Shown in pieces: positions 13,865-27,300 of a stretch of 64,000 nucleotides of DNA (its first letter is position 1; each line of letters begins with the position of its first letter). Below the pieces are notes generated by a model. That model searched no databases and had not been told where the DNA came from. It was given only the letters and a program-made list of their open reading frames with translations. This DNA is from Phoronis australis (Eukaryota; Animalia; Phoronida). The stretch lies in contig NMRA01000747.1 in assembly GCA_002633005.1 (NCBI GenBank), positions 60,657 through 124,656 of the forward strand, read 5' to 3'. The translations under genes were made by a program, and so were the position numbers.

Positions 13865-14250
13865 CAGTGTTCGAAATACACGATGACCTGGGGCCAGTGG
13901 GTTTGCGGCCAGGCCAGTAACCGTTGTATCTGGCTAGGCCCTGTGAGGATGTGGTCTCGTATTCAAATAATTCAAAGTAGGTATATTGACTAATTTTGCC
14001 TCTCACCTCTTGAACGCCAGCGAGTTTACTTTTGAACCTTGTGAGCAATAAGTTCTCACTTGGAGTTAATAACAAAATAAATGAGGTTCTCAAGCACATG
14101 CTCATTCAGGGTAAATGGAAAAGTTTGAGAAAGACGTAGGGTGCTGAATTATGACCAGCAACTTGGCAGCCGGCCGGGCCAGAGTAACTTTTCAGACTAA
14201 CTGACCCGGCAGGCCAGCGCATTTATTTGCTGAACTTTAAAGTGACACTG
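13865..14250. mobile_element. hAT-type MITE
   Basis: Ends CAGTGT...ACACTG with an 8-bp TSD gtgcccac / gtgcccaa. Confidence 0.7.
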
Positions 14251-14770
14251 GTGCCCAACCAGGGTCTACCGTGAATGAGATTACGGAAAATACATGATAT
14301 CAATTTTCAAGCTCATAATCATAATCACATCTCATTTTAGTGCGAAAGAATCTCAAATCAGTTTTATATCGCGATGTAAACATCTAAATTTACAATGACT
14401 GAACGCGGGTTTTGGTCCGAAACGAAATTCAATACAGTTATGAATAGAATATGAAACAATTGTTACCACTTAGCCCGGCCTTAGGCGCATGTGTGGGACC
14501 TCGCCTAATTCCGGAACTTAGGACCATGCGCCTATATATATGCGGGACATTAGAGTGAAACCTAAGTTGATTACGATTAACATTTTTCGATGAGGAGATG
14601 AACAAAGTGTTATTTTATACGTAAATCGTTCTTGTAAATAAAGCTTGTAGTGAGTTTCAAAATTGTATGTTTTTAGAACTCTGTTTCTGTATTCGACCAG
14701 AGTGTCACTAACGCCACGTGTGAAATAAAATACACTTAATGTATTTTTTAAAATCGTTCAAGTTGCGACT

Positions 14771-17700
14771 CACAGGCGGATTTAGAGGGGGGGCCAAGGG
14801 GCCTGCCCCCCCCCCCTTGGCTGCCGCAAAAAATAAAACGTCAAAAGCGTAGGGAAATGTTGAGTTTATTAATGAACCACGGTAATTAAAATTATACAGA
14901 TGAAACAAGATTTAAATGTGTGCACTTTTATTGTTTTTTTTGGGGGGGGGGGTGGACTCAGATCCAATTTCAAGTGTCAAAGTCGGAACACGGCGCAATC
15001 GTAACGGAACTATGGCTAAGTATATTAGGCTCTCCCGCGGTATCCCAGGTGACCGGCAGTGGCGCTGCGCACTACGACTCCGTTTCCGTCGTCTGCTCCA
15101 TTGTGCAATGAAGAAAATTATACTCGGGAACCCAATGGTCGTCCGCCTAAGCATAAAACCGACTTGTTGTCGTACTCACCCAATTATTCCACTTCAAAGT
15201 TATGCTCTGCATAGAACTTGATTTGACTCCCACAAATCCATAGTATTAATTGATTCAAAAGTTTTCTTTTATTTATGCCGAGTTGTTTGAACTGTGCATT
15301 GCTTTTCGGCAGCCATTTTATAATGACTCCTATGGTCGTCATATGCTGCCGCCTTTTGAAAGAACAGAAAACCACACAGAAAAAGGCCAAGAAAATAGTG
15401 GAAAGTGGTTTACAGCAATTCTACTACAACCACAAACTGTTTTACTAGTATGATATCGATTTTTAAATCGATTGAAATTGATTTAGAATTTCAGTTCTGG
15501 AAAATAAATCGCAATTGCTTTATTCCAGATAGATCTTACTTATTTTCAATTTGTGTCCTCTTTATTTGACTTTTTGCTCTTGTTGTTCTCAACACCACTT
15601 ATCTCTACTGTCTTTCTTTTTCTTTTCAGTTTTTCTTCATTCTCTCTTAACACCTTGTCAGCCAAAACAGAACTGTAACCCTTTGGGACTTTGTCGGTGC
15701 AAGTTGATCATGGAACCTCGATACAATTGTTCTAATAAATTACCCAATATCGTATTGTTTGATTTTTTCTCACCTTTAACAGGCTTCTGCAATCATAAAT
15801 AAATAAATAAATACCCAAGTTGTATTTGCATTTTATTGCTCAATCTCTTCTTTTATTTTTGATTATGTCATGCTGTGTTGTATGTAACAATGCAATATAG
15901 TGAAATAAAGTCAATGTTTTACTTTATTGGTGGACATTAGCTATCAATTCAACTATTTTAATTTTCTTCAAATAAATTCAAAATGCTTTAACCAAAAATT
16001 TCAACATAAATGTTGAGCTCAGTACTTTGTTTTGCAATAAAAAACAAGTGGAGAATATTTTGATGACCAAGGCGTGGGCCGAAACTGTTAAGCACCCAGC
16101 GTATTCCATTTGTCTGCTGCGTTTTTCCTTTGGCCTAACGGGTGTCGGTTGGTGCCTGGGACAAATAGATACATTGCATAAACAATATCTGGGTAGGTTT
16201 TTGTTCCGTCTGAAGAAAATTTAATTTCGAAAATATCTTCTGAAAATGAACAAAAAAGTGCATTAGTAAAATCTACAAGTTTTTAAGTAGTCTTAAAAAA
16301 ACAGTCGGTAAATGCATTAATTTTAGTCTCAGTTCTTCCATGCGTGTTTCTCCCGAGAGGTTAGTACCTGACGTGCAGACGAGCACTCCAAATTGGAACG
16401 CTAAGTCCCGCGAGGCTGCGCTGCACGCGAAAGAAGATGGCGGACGACCTTTGGAGCCTGACGACGATAGGTATCCGGACTATACTTCATTTTTTAAAGA
16501 AAATGGAAGCTGAGTGACGATGAAAAAACAAAAGCTGCTGGTAAGATGTGAATTTTAATCGAAGCCTTAGTGAATCACTCAGAAACTCATAATTCTCTCT
16601 TTGTCAAACCTTAAGACGATTTCCAAAGCAATCGCGTCATTATTGCCAACACGAAAAACGGATTTGGTCTTTTGGGCAATTGAAGACTATTTTAACTATA
16701 CTCGGCCTCGGGGACCCAATGGTCGTCCGCCTAAGCATAAAACCGGCTTGGTGTCGTACTCACCCAATTATTCCACTTCAAAGTTATGCTGTGAATAGGA
16801 TTTGATTTAAATCTCACAAATATATAGTATTCGTTGATTGAAACATTTTCTTTTGCTTATGCCGAGTTGTTCAACTGTGCATTGCTTTTCGGCAGCCATT
16901 TTATAATGACTCCTATCAGAGACCGTAGCGTCTTTGCTCCTATGGTCGTCATATGCTGTCGCCTTTTGAAAGAACAGAAAACCACACAGAAAAAGGCCAA
17001 GAAAATAGTGGATCGTGGTTTACAGCAATTCTACTTCAACCACAAACTGTTTTAGTAGTATGATGTCGATTTTTAAATCGATTAAAATTGATTTAGAATT
17101 TCAGTTCTGGAAAATAAATCGCAATTGTTTTATTCCAGATAGACCTTACTTATTTTGTATTTGTGACCTCTTTATTTGACTTTTTGCTCTTGTTGTTCTT
17201 AACACCACTTATCTATGCTGTATTTTTCTTTTCAGTTTCTCTTCATTCTCTGTTAACACCTTGTCAGCCAAAACAGAACTGTAACCCTTTGAGGACTTTG
17301 TCAGCGCAAGTTGATCATTGAACCTCGATACAATTGTTCTAATAAATTACCCAATATCGTATTGTTTGATTTTTTTCTCACCTTTAACAGGCTTCTGCAA
17401 TCATAAATAAATAAATAAATACCCAAGTTGCATTTGCATTTTATTGCTCAATCTCTTCTTTTATTTTTGATTATGTCATGCTGTGTTGTATGTACAATGC
17501 AACATAGTGAAATTAAGTCAATGTTTTACTTTATTGGTGGCCATTCTCTATCAATTCAAGTATTTTAATTTTCTTCAATTAAATTCAAAATGCTCTAACC
17601 AAAAATTTCAACATAAATGTTGAGCTCAGTGCTGTGTTTTGAAATAAAAAACAAGTGGACAATATTTTGATGACCAATGCGTGGGCCGAAACTGTTAAGC

Positions 17701-18281
17701 ACCCAGCGTGTTGCATTTGTCTGCTGCCTTTTTCCTTTGGCCTAACAGGTGTCGGTTAGTGGCTGGGACGAATAGATACATTGCATAAACAATCCCAGTG
17801 TTGTTTTTTGTTTCGTCTGAAGGAAATTTAATTTCGAAAATATCTTCTGAAAATGAACAAAAAAGTGCATTAGTAAAATGTACAAATTTATAAGTGGTTT
17901 CAAAAAACAGTCGGTAAATGCACCGATTTTCGTCTCAGTTCTTCGATGCGTGTTACTCCCGAGAGGTTAGTACCTAAGGTTTAGATGACCACTCTAGATT
18001 GGAACGCTGAGTCCCGCGTGGCTGCGCTGCGCGCGAAAGAAGTTGGCGGACGACCATTGGAGCCTGACGACAACAGGTATCCGGACTATACTTCAGGAAT
18101 CAAGGAAAATGCTTGATTTTTAGAGGATTAAACAGAAAAATTTCCTGGGCGGAAGGGGGGCAAACCCCCTCCCGACCTCCCCCCATTCGGTGCTATGCGC
18201 ATCTACAATCGTCAGCTTTGCGCAAGTGCTTACAGACAAAATGTTTGGCCTCCCCCTTGTGATATCCTAGATCCGCAACTG
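14771..18281. mobile_element. hAT-like MITE shell containing two tandem ~1.4-kb elements
   Basis: Ends ca..gcggatttag / ctagatccgcaactg with G/C-rich subterminal tracts; gcgact occurs at both boundaries. Confidence 0.45.
15119..18095. repeat. Tandem pair of ~1.37-kb elements (15119..16489 and 16697..18095) with subterminal inverted repeats
   Basis: Collinear, high-identity copies; each has ccaatggtcgtccgcc near the left end and its reverse complement near the right end. Confidence 0.88.
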
Positions 18282-20415
18282 CGACTATAACCGGAGCATC
18301 GCCTGCGCCTAATTGGGGAACTTAGAAAAATGTGCCTATATACGGCCATTTGAGTAAAAACGACTTGCAAAAAACGCAGTGATCCGCATATAGGCGCATG
18401 CTCCTAAATACAGGGTTAGGGTAATACTCCAAGTTACGAAAGAAAGCCCATACTATCAGCTCAGTTTGACTTGATGCAGGCCTACTGTGAAGGTGCGTAG
18501 GACGGTGTTTGTGCGTTTGATCGCTGGTCTCAGACATTGCATGGAGAGTGTCCACATACGATAAAAAGTAAAAAAGTATTTGAAATTCCAGGACTAGTGA
18601 AAAAAGCACTTGATCCGTGTATTCTGTGGCCCGATTTCCCTCTTCATGTATAACAGTGATCCAGAAATATGTTCGAAACTATCCCTTCAGAATTTGCTGG
18701 AGGAAGATAAAAAACTATACCTACTACCTATAACTCTAGCTGGTGAGGCTGTGCGGAATCTCAGTGATAAAAATGGTTAGAAAATGTTCACGTTAAAGAG
18801 AAACTGCGTACGTGATCAATTAAATCAGTAATTATTTATTCTGAAATCGAGAATAACAACACAATTCATCTTCTATCGGTCTCTCGTGTGTCGCGTTTGA
18901 CGTCAGGTATCTTCTATTCTACGATTCACCTACTTGTAAGGCTGACCTCGATTCTATAGCAACGATCAAACATTCCCTTTTGTTAGTAATAATACACTTA
19001 ACTCAATACACGGGACGTACTTGAATAACACCATGAACAGAGGTTTGCAGTAAACACGTGCCGGCTGTTCATCCGTAAAAGAGTAATAACACACGTCAGG
19101 TAAGTTTTGTGTTTGTTCATATACTACTGTAACGACGGACACCTTTAATATTCGACATATCTGTCATTAGACGAAAGCAGCAGCTGGTCAACACGTCGAC
19201 CTCGAGGTCGCCTTGACATTCAAGTTCCCGCATCCCAGTGTATTTTCTCCCAGTTCTCACCGTCACAACAGGCAGTGTATACAAAGTAAGCGCTTAAGGG
19301 ACGTTTTCGTTGTTGCGACGTTATGTAGAAGTAATGAACTATACATACGAACGTTTACTTACTCATAGGCGGATTTAGCCCCCCACCCCCAGCTCCTACG
19401 GACACGGCTAAAACTACGGAGGTGTTGTAACGATTTCCATTTGTTTTGGGGCAAGTCATCGTTGAATGTAATTCAGTAAGCCGGTCATTTTATACGTACG
19501 CACGTTTGTCAGGCTTCAATTCTGAGTGACACCCCCGAAGTGAGAAAATGAACGACTGACCGTCGCGGTCTCATTTACACTTCATGCTCAAAAACGGAGA
19601 CTCGTGAAAGCGGAACACTTTGAACAGGCCGAGATGAGAGAGAGTGTGGAGTTAGTTGATAAGAAAACGTAAGGGAAGAACGGTTTCCGCCAGCTAGACA
19701 TAGTGTTCTTATAACAGCTAGTATGTCCTGGCAAGCGGGAAAATTGGTAACTGAGACAATACCGGCTGAGGTCTGCCCGACCCTAGATAGCTTCGCAGTC
19801 GCCAATCCCCGTCGACACGAGCGCCACTGACATTAGGGTCTATATCTTTCTTTTACCCACCCGACGAGGCAGTACTGCCGATGACACATAATCGAAATAC
19901 CCAACTGAGACGTTACTTGAGTAGGAGCCAATCATCCAATGAGAGCTGGGCAAAATACCCACCCAAGATAATGACCTGTTGACCAAATTTCTGAGTCCAC
20001 GGCACGTCACTATCCTATCCGCCAGGGTCGTTTGTGTTGTGCGTGCCATTCACTCAGCTTTCTTTTTTCATATTGTATTATATAGTCTATATATGCATAC
20101 TCACTTTCAATAATCATAAGGTTCGAGCACGAACTCAAACTAAAAACATTTATTTCTTGAACCTCGTGCCTCAAAGCCGTAACTATAGATGAATTCGAGA
20201 TCCCGAGCACAGACATTTGAATTAAAAAAAAGTTAAGTTGTGTTTCGTTTTGTCAACTGTATCTGAATGTTTAATTACCATCGCATTTTTTGGCTGTGCC
20301 GGATTATCCACTAACTTAAGTAAACTAACTGAGGCTTGGGGCCCCGCGTAAAACAAGGACGCCATTTGGTCCCCATAGGCGCTATTTAAATTTTGCGACA
20401 GTTAGGCAATCGTTA

Positions 20416-20919
20416 AAGGTCATGTAGGACCCTAGAAAAATAAAATGTCCAACAAGTGGCCAACTTTGGAACATCGTAACTCTGAAATGGCTGATTGGAT
20501 ATAAAAGAAACATATAGCTATCATTCTTTATACGCTGTTCTACGAAACCCTATTAGGTCAGATTTTAAATTGTTCCACTTTTGAACGAGGGGATATCAAA
20601 AATAGGACTTATATCATTTTCACGAAAAAAATAATTGCATACTAAAACAGAAAACGAAACGATAATTTAGAGAACTGTAACAACGAATCATACAAAACTG
20701 AGTCATGCTATTTATTCTATTGTTTTGTTTTGAACTTGATTTCTTTTTGCTAAATTTTCCTTAACAAGCGAGGCGATCTAATTCGTGGTAGAATGGTATA
20801 AAGTCCAAAAATCAAATTTCTACTTTCAGAAAATGTTTACTTTTGCTGAGTTAAATTTTCATACATTTGTATAAATTTGGCTGAGTGTACAGACTTGTCG
20901 ACAAGGTCCCACATAACCT
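20416..20919. mobile_element. MITE; homologous diverged copy at ~5660..6198
   Basis: Ends aggtcatgtaggacc / ggtcccacataacct; shares ctagaaaaa..tgtccaa..ggc.aactttggaacatc with ~5670-5710. Confidence 0.5.
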
Positions 20920-23900
20920 AAGCGAAAGAAGATGTAACTTACATGCCAAGACTTGTACGATGACACTTGGCTTATCTCAAAATCCAGCTGCTGCCTGGTG
21001 GTTTGGTAATTGACTCAATCATGTTGTACACCCAGAACAATTAATGAGGAATATATCATTACAACATTAAACAAACGTTTTAGGTCGTAAAATTCACTTT
21101 TCTGTTCAATTTTCAAAATTCAAAAACATAATCACGTGTCCTTCTCACGACCTATTCAAGCATGATATTTACAAACTTTCAAAACGAAAATTAAAAAATA
21201 ATTTGATAGGTCTTATTATCTAGAGAACGATAACATCAGCAGCCTGAAGCGATTTAATTTACCACAACAGCATGGTGTCTTTGATCTATACCGGCAGATT
21301 TTGAGGTGCGTAAACCGATCTAGTATCGCCCAATCTCTACTGGTTAGGGTGTCATCGTAGGATTATTTTCATTAAGTGCCTCACAAGAAATGGGGCACCC
21401 GTCTCGTTGTCGCAGGGGCACCTCAAAAGTCATGATGCCCAGTATTGACGAGGGAAAGTAGAAACTGAAGTCGCCATGCAAGAACCCTCCAACCTAAGGA
21501 GTAGCAACCGGGGGAAAAGTTGCGGCGAAACGTGGAAAATTGCGCCCTAGACTTTTTATAGTTTGGGGGCCTCGAGAGACCTTACTCCTGTACTGCTGTT
21601 TAGAAAGATTTACTCTGAATTTTAACTGTTTGTCATGTTGACTAAGCCCGGGCTTCTCAAAATACCTTCCAACTCACACACGTCTTCATTGTTACAGCAG
21701 CGTCCCAGTCTGGTTTGGCTACCATCATGTCTCATGGTTTGTTTGACTTCCCTACGTCATACGCAGGCAGGAGCATTGCGGAGAATCCATCACTGTACCG
21801 AGTCTACAGGACTTCTAATGGCGGAGATTCTGTGATCGACAGCCGCAGTGACCCAGGTTGGCAAAAGTGATGTACATGTATGTAGCCTACGAGTGTGAAG
21901 CCGAAGCAGGGCACCCCCACCAACTGGGGGCGGGGTGAAATATTATCGACTAGAAGGGTTATGCGGCTCACATTTTCTTCGTTCCTAGTGAAGAAAATCT
22001 TTCTGGAGTTTGCTAGTTCTGCTGTTTCTCATACAAAAACCTAGATTTACACAATAATGACGTAGATCTATAAGGAACTCTATGTTAATGCAGATGTTTT
22101 CTGTGTGAATTAAGTTTTCGTTAAAAACGTGAAAACTGCATTTTCCTGTGACGGAAGGTGAAACATAACAAGGACACTTATCTCAAAAATATCGAATCTC
22201 AAATTTTTCTTTGGGTTACGATGTGACGTCACTTGGCGTTGATGGGAAGAACATCAAGAACATTTCTAGTGAAAATATGCTCCAGAAAATCGTAGTACTG
22301 ACGTCACTGGTGCCAAGATAGGACTCGATATCGCAATTCACTTGCAAGTTACCGCTCAGTTTCTACCCAAAATTGACATCCCGTAAGTAGGACGCCCCGT
22401 CGACCAGTAAGTCTGATAATGTTTTGATTAACACATAAAGTACAAATTGAAATATTTAATCTGTTCAGAAAGCTCTTTGTTTTCATGCACAGAGTATTTT
22501 TGAAGCGCAGACAATGTTTATTTGTTTAACTGACTTACAACTGTATAAGCCCAATGGGCTGGATGTTATTTTTCAAATAATATATAAATTATAAATAAAT
22601 GTATTCATTCATTCTATAGGGCTGTGCCTCCGCGTAGTAAAAATCAGACCAACGTCAAAACCGTAATAGTCTGAAAATGATACCAACTGATGAAAATCCC
22701 TACCCGTGGCAACAGTTTCGCTCCTCCCCCGGGTCGTCAGGTCTTTCTTTTCAGTTAACCACCCACCCGAGGCGATACCTCTTAGCTGCCAAATACCCAA
22801 AAGAGGCGCGCGATAACTGAAAAGGTAAAATATCTCCCCCGAGTTTGAATCGCACCCCGACTAACTCTTCCAAAGGAAGAACCCCCGGGTATAACATCAA
22901 ATTACTGAGTTTAATTAGAGTGAGTGCTGACTTAAGAGCTGTAAGTGGACAGTAAGTGACGTTAAAACTTAATTGACGTTATTAATTTCTAGTCTCTCGC
23001 TCCATTTGGTGATGTCGATATGCTTATCGACCGACCTGTTCTCCAGACTTGTAAACGTAAACAGGAAGACATTACTGAATGATTTCCTAGTGGAAGCTAT
23101 TTTTGGTCGAACGCTCTGTCTTGTTAATCGCTAACTACAGGGAGTGTGACTATAGATTTATCTGTTTACCTAAGTAAGCCTGCGGCGAATAACAGTTTTT
23201 TATACGCTACGTATTGTACACCTTTAAGACTACGTATTACTCTTCGATAGCTTTACAACACACACCCTAATTTACAGAACAGCACGTGGATGTTACTTCC
23301 GTTGCTGGACTTTCTTATTTATAGTAAAAGAACAAAAATGATTACTTATGTGTACCGTCATTTCATTAATGTTTGAAAATAATGTAGTGCGTAAAAGCCC
23401 ATTGGACTTTCAGTCATACATGGCTCAACAACAAATTTCTAGGCATGGCTCGGAGCTTTTCAAACAAGACTCGAACTGTTTGAACACGGTTCAGAGAAGT
23501 GTTTGAATGCACGCGGGGATAACACCAGCAGGCACAAACATCCATTGTCACGTGACTGTCGTTGTTAAAGCGTAACCAACTATTTTCAATCAAGCGCAGA
23601 CGTCGAAATGGTTGCGGATGAACAACGCTGTTCTTTTTCTAGATTTGTACTCTGTCTTGTTATTCCGGAATAAACAGTTCAGTGCCTGCTTATGACAATA
23701 ATACATCTTCAAAGCTTGCTTCGACAGAAAACTCGTTATAAAAAATGAAAAATGACAAAATTTCAATGAACGGTTGAAGAGCAATGTAAATTGTGTCATT
23801 TTTGGTGGCAGGAGTTAAAACTTTCGAAAAGACACTTTTTTTAGGTTTGCCAATTGAATAAAAAGATCTTATCTACAAATTTACTTACAGAATCCGCCTT

Positions 23901-24187
23901 CAGAACGTTTCTGTGATCATCTACAACCTGAAACTATGCTTTCATGGCAAGTGATGTCATTAACAAAGGGTCGTGGGAGGATTTTCGTTATTATTATAAA
24001 AATAACAAGTTTATTTGAACTGTAGTGACTGAGATTAAAAAGATTTTTCACCGGCGTTGGCGAGATGGTCGCCACACCACAACCTGAATGCATGTATTTC
24101 ATATGCTTCTCATCAGAACCAGGCGATCATTTTCGAGGTCCTCATTCGGATCGGTAAACTGTCATTTTTCAAATGCTATATTTGTAG

Positions 24188-24391
24188 ACGATGACCCAAT
24201 TGTGAACGTGAAGCACGTCGATTTTAAAGTCAAAGACAATGCAGCGCAGCACCACACAAGCAAATACGACCTGACAGATGAACCCCACGGGCAGCTCATA
24301 GTCAGGCGGGGTCAGTCATTTGACTTGGTTATTACGCTGGACAGGCCTTTTGAGGAGGGAAAAGATGACATTCGATTTGTGTTTTTTATTG
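24188..24391 (+). CDS. Transglutaminase exon, N-terminal beta-sandwich (HHTSKY...LIVRRGQSF)
   Basis: Acceptor tttgtag, donor gtaagt; phase 1-1. The 5' boundary is less certain because the frame stays open upstream to 24088. Confidence 0.85.
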
Positions 24392-27300
24392 GTAAGTTGC
24401 TATAGCAGAAACTGGCTGAATTAATGGCTTGGTTTCTTCCTCGAAATATTCGATTTCAAACGCCCACCAAGTGGCACTGGGCGGTTTCCCTTCAGAAAAG
24501 TGTTGCTATAGCTCTGAATGCACACAAACCTCTAAATAAAACGTAGGCGGCGCACCATAGGGGGCTAGGGGCTATAGCCCCCCATTTTTTCATTGCTGCG
24601 TCGCCCATGGTCTATGGGCGGCGCACCACAGGGGGTCTGGGGGCCATGTATTAACGACGTTTATGCAACGTAATGGTCTTTACAACAAACAACGTAAGTG
24701 GCACCTTATCGACAGGTAAGTGCGTTGAGCCAAATATGGACAGAAATATTAAATTTTAACTACTTTAAGGACTATATTTTCTGAACGTGTACCAACCTGA
24801 CGTGAATTGGGTCACGTGATCATGTATTTTTATTAATATTTAAAAAAGAAATTAACATGCATGTCAAAACAACTGGGCGATCAATAACGTGACCAAATTT
24901 GGCGTGATATATGTTCAAGATGAAATCTCAAGAGGGCTGTTACACTAAATTTTCCAAATTGTATTTTCGCTATCATTTCATGCATCATTTTTCATGGAAA
25001 TTCTGAAAGTGCTTTATTTCGCACCAGAACTATTTCTCCTAAATCCCTGTACGAAAGTATGACAAGTGTCTTCCGTGAACGTTACAAAGAATCTGACTAC
25101 CGTAGTGCCCCCTAGTGCCAGTTTTAACTTTTCACGGTCTTGGTAGATGTACTCCCACTGAAGATAGCATTGCTGATTTGCTATGCACCTCTAGAGAAAA
25201 TTTTAAGTTTACTTACTGGCATTACTCCCTTCAGTATGATTGTTATCTGCGCTGTATGCGTTGTACAGGTTGGGCGCATATCAACGCTTCGTGTTGCTCT
25301 TGTTGACTTTCTGGCTGCATAATTCTTGATTTTTTCAGGAGACGATCCTACTATAGATACGAAAAGTTTGTGTAATGTCAACTTACTCGACAAAACATCG
25401 TCGGCAGAAAATTGGGACGCGTCACTAACTGAATCCACTGGAAACACTTTGGTTGTCCGCATCAAAAGCCCTGCAGATTGTGCGGTGGGTTCGTGGGATT
25501 TGGATATTGAGACTTACTACAAAACTGGTCGGGAAAGCGAACCATTGAAGTACCACCGATACGTGTCCGATCAACCTTGTTTCATTTTATTCAACCCTTG
25601 GAACTCGGGTAAATACATTTTGAATGCTTATGTTACGTGTTACTTGTGTCCAACGGTAGGAGGTTCTGGGCTGCATTCCGTAGACGGCTCCAGACCGATT
25701 CACGTGAAACGCTTTAGTAGCTAAGTTCTCTAGTAAATGCATGACCATATCATGCAAGTATATGCGGGATTGTGCATATGTTCGAAATGTTTGCGTCCAC
25801 TGAACACAGCTGTGGTTTTGCCTTTGAAATCGTATAAATTAGGCAGTCGATTGGTCGGTCAAACGGACAATCGGTCGGGTGGAACATTTTTCAGTTACTG
25901 TGCAGTGTATTTCAAAATACTCGTACGTAAGATGGAACGCTTTCGAAGAAATATTTATCAGAGGCCGAAAAAGAACCTTTGAGACCAATCTCATAGTTAG
26001 AGAACCCAGGGCTGTCTAAGATGCGATACCATCCACAGAGCTCTTACTGAGTATTACCTTGGTGTGACAGGTTTAGGTGAATAGCAAGTGTATTAAATGG
26101 TTTACGAAAGTAACTTGATTACAAAAAAAAAAACAAAAACAGAGAGCTCATTTATTAGGAACGTGCCGGTGTACACGCCAAAGACATTGCGGAAATGATG
26201 TGTAACAAAAGCCGATCAACCTTTTAATTAGCGTTTATGGATATTCGTTTACGCCTGAACTGTAACTGCATTATAAGGGCTCAGTGCTATGCCTTGGCAG
26301 AATTCTTCCTCTGTAGTCCGTAAAAATTTTTTGCGAGTATCTTTCACCTACTATTTATCTTGTGATGGACTCGAAACAGGCCTCTGCACTCTCCGAGAAC
26401 GTCCTTGTTTGCTTTTACGTCGAAATGTAATGTCAGCCGGACAAAATCAACAGTTTTAGGTTTAATGACAAAAAATGCTAGAAGGTAGTGACCTCTTTTG
26501 AGACTAAGGTCAGCAAGCTGATATAAAAGCCATTTCCATGATATCCAGGAATTTTGTCTGTCAAAATCAGCAATTCCAGATTTGAGGAAAAACTAATTTT
26601 AGACGCAGACAATCATGCTCAGAGTACATGAAACTTCGGGGTTCTGTTAACATGTACTGTGTACCCTTACCATTATAGCCAGGTATTTAGGCTTGATGGC
26701 TGTCACAAGAAAGCATCAAGGTTCAACGTATTTTTAACGATCCTACCTAAAACATAGGGAGTTGCTGAGGTTGGATATGTACCGTTGCTATGGTATTCAT
26801 GTAGTTTGAAATTACATCAGTGTGCTAAGCTGCGCACGCCTCATACTGATGAAGTTTTAAAAAATTAAACTGTCTCTTTGGGTTAACAACGAGATACCGT
26901 AACCCGTAAAGCAAATTTGATAATCCAAAAATGGTTGCCAAGACAATTCATGCCCATAGAAAGGAAAATAACCTTTTTAGCAACATAAAATGTGTGTGTA
27001 AATATCAATAATTAGTATTTCAAAACCAAACCAGAAGCACAATAATATTTTGAAAATACAAAGTGGTCGCCATGGCAACTAATGCAAATAAACCTGTCAA
27101 CTACTACTTTACGACTGTATAAAACGCTCGCAACAGAATGAATTCAATTACGCATATGCTTCATCTCTAGGTGTGGCATAATTGTCACCAGTGTAAACAC
27201 AGATTGATCAATGAGAGTCTGCTAAGTCACTGACCTGAAATGCCCTACTTAAATACCTCACTAGCGCAGGCAGACACTTGGATATTGACAGGGCAAACAG

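Noticed and set aside
16437-16470. ATGGCGGACGAC...ATAG|gtatcc as the transglutaminase first exon (phase 1 fits)
   Set aside because: It lies in the repeat terminus, the ATG is TTG in the second copy, and the donor is weak.
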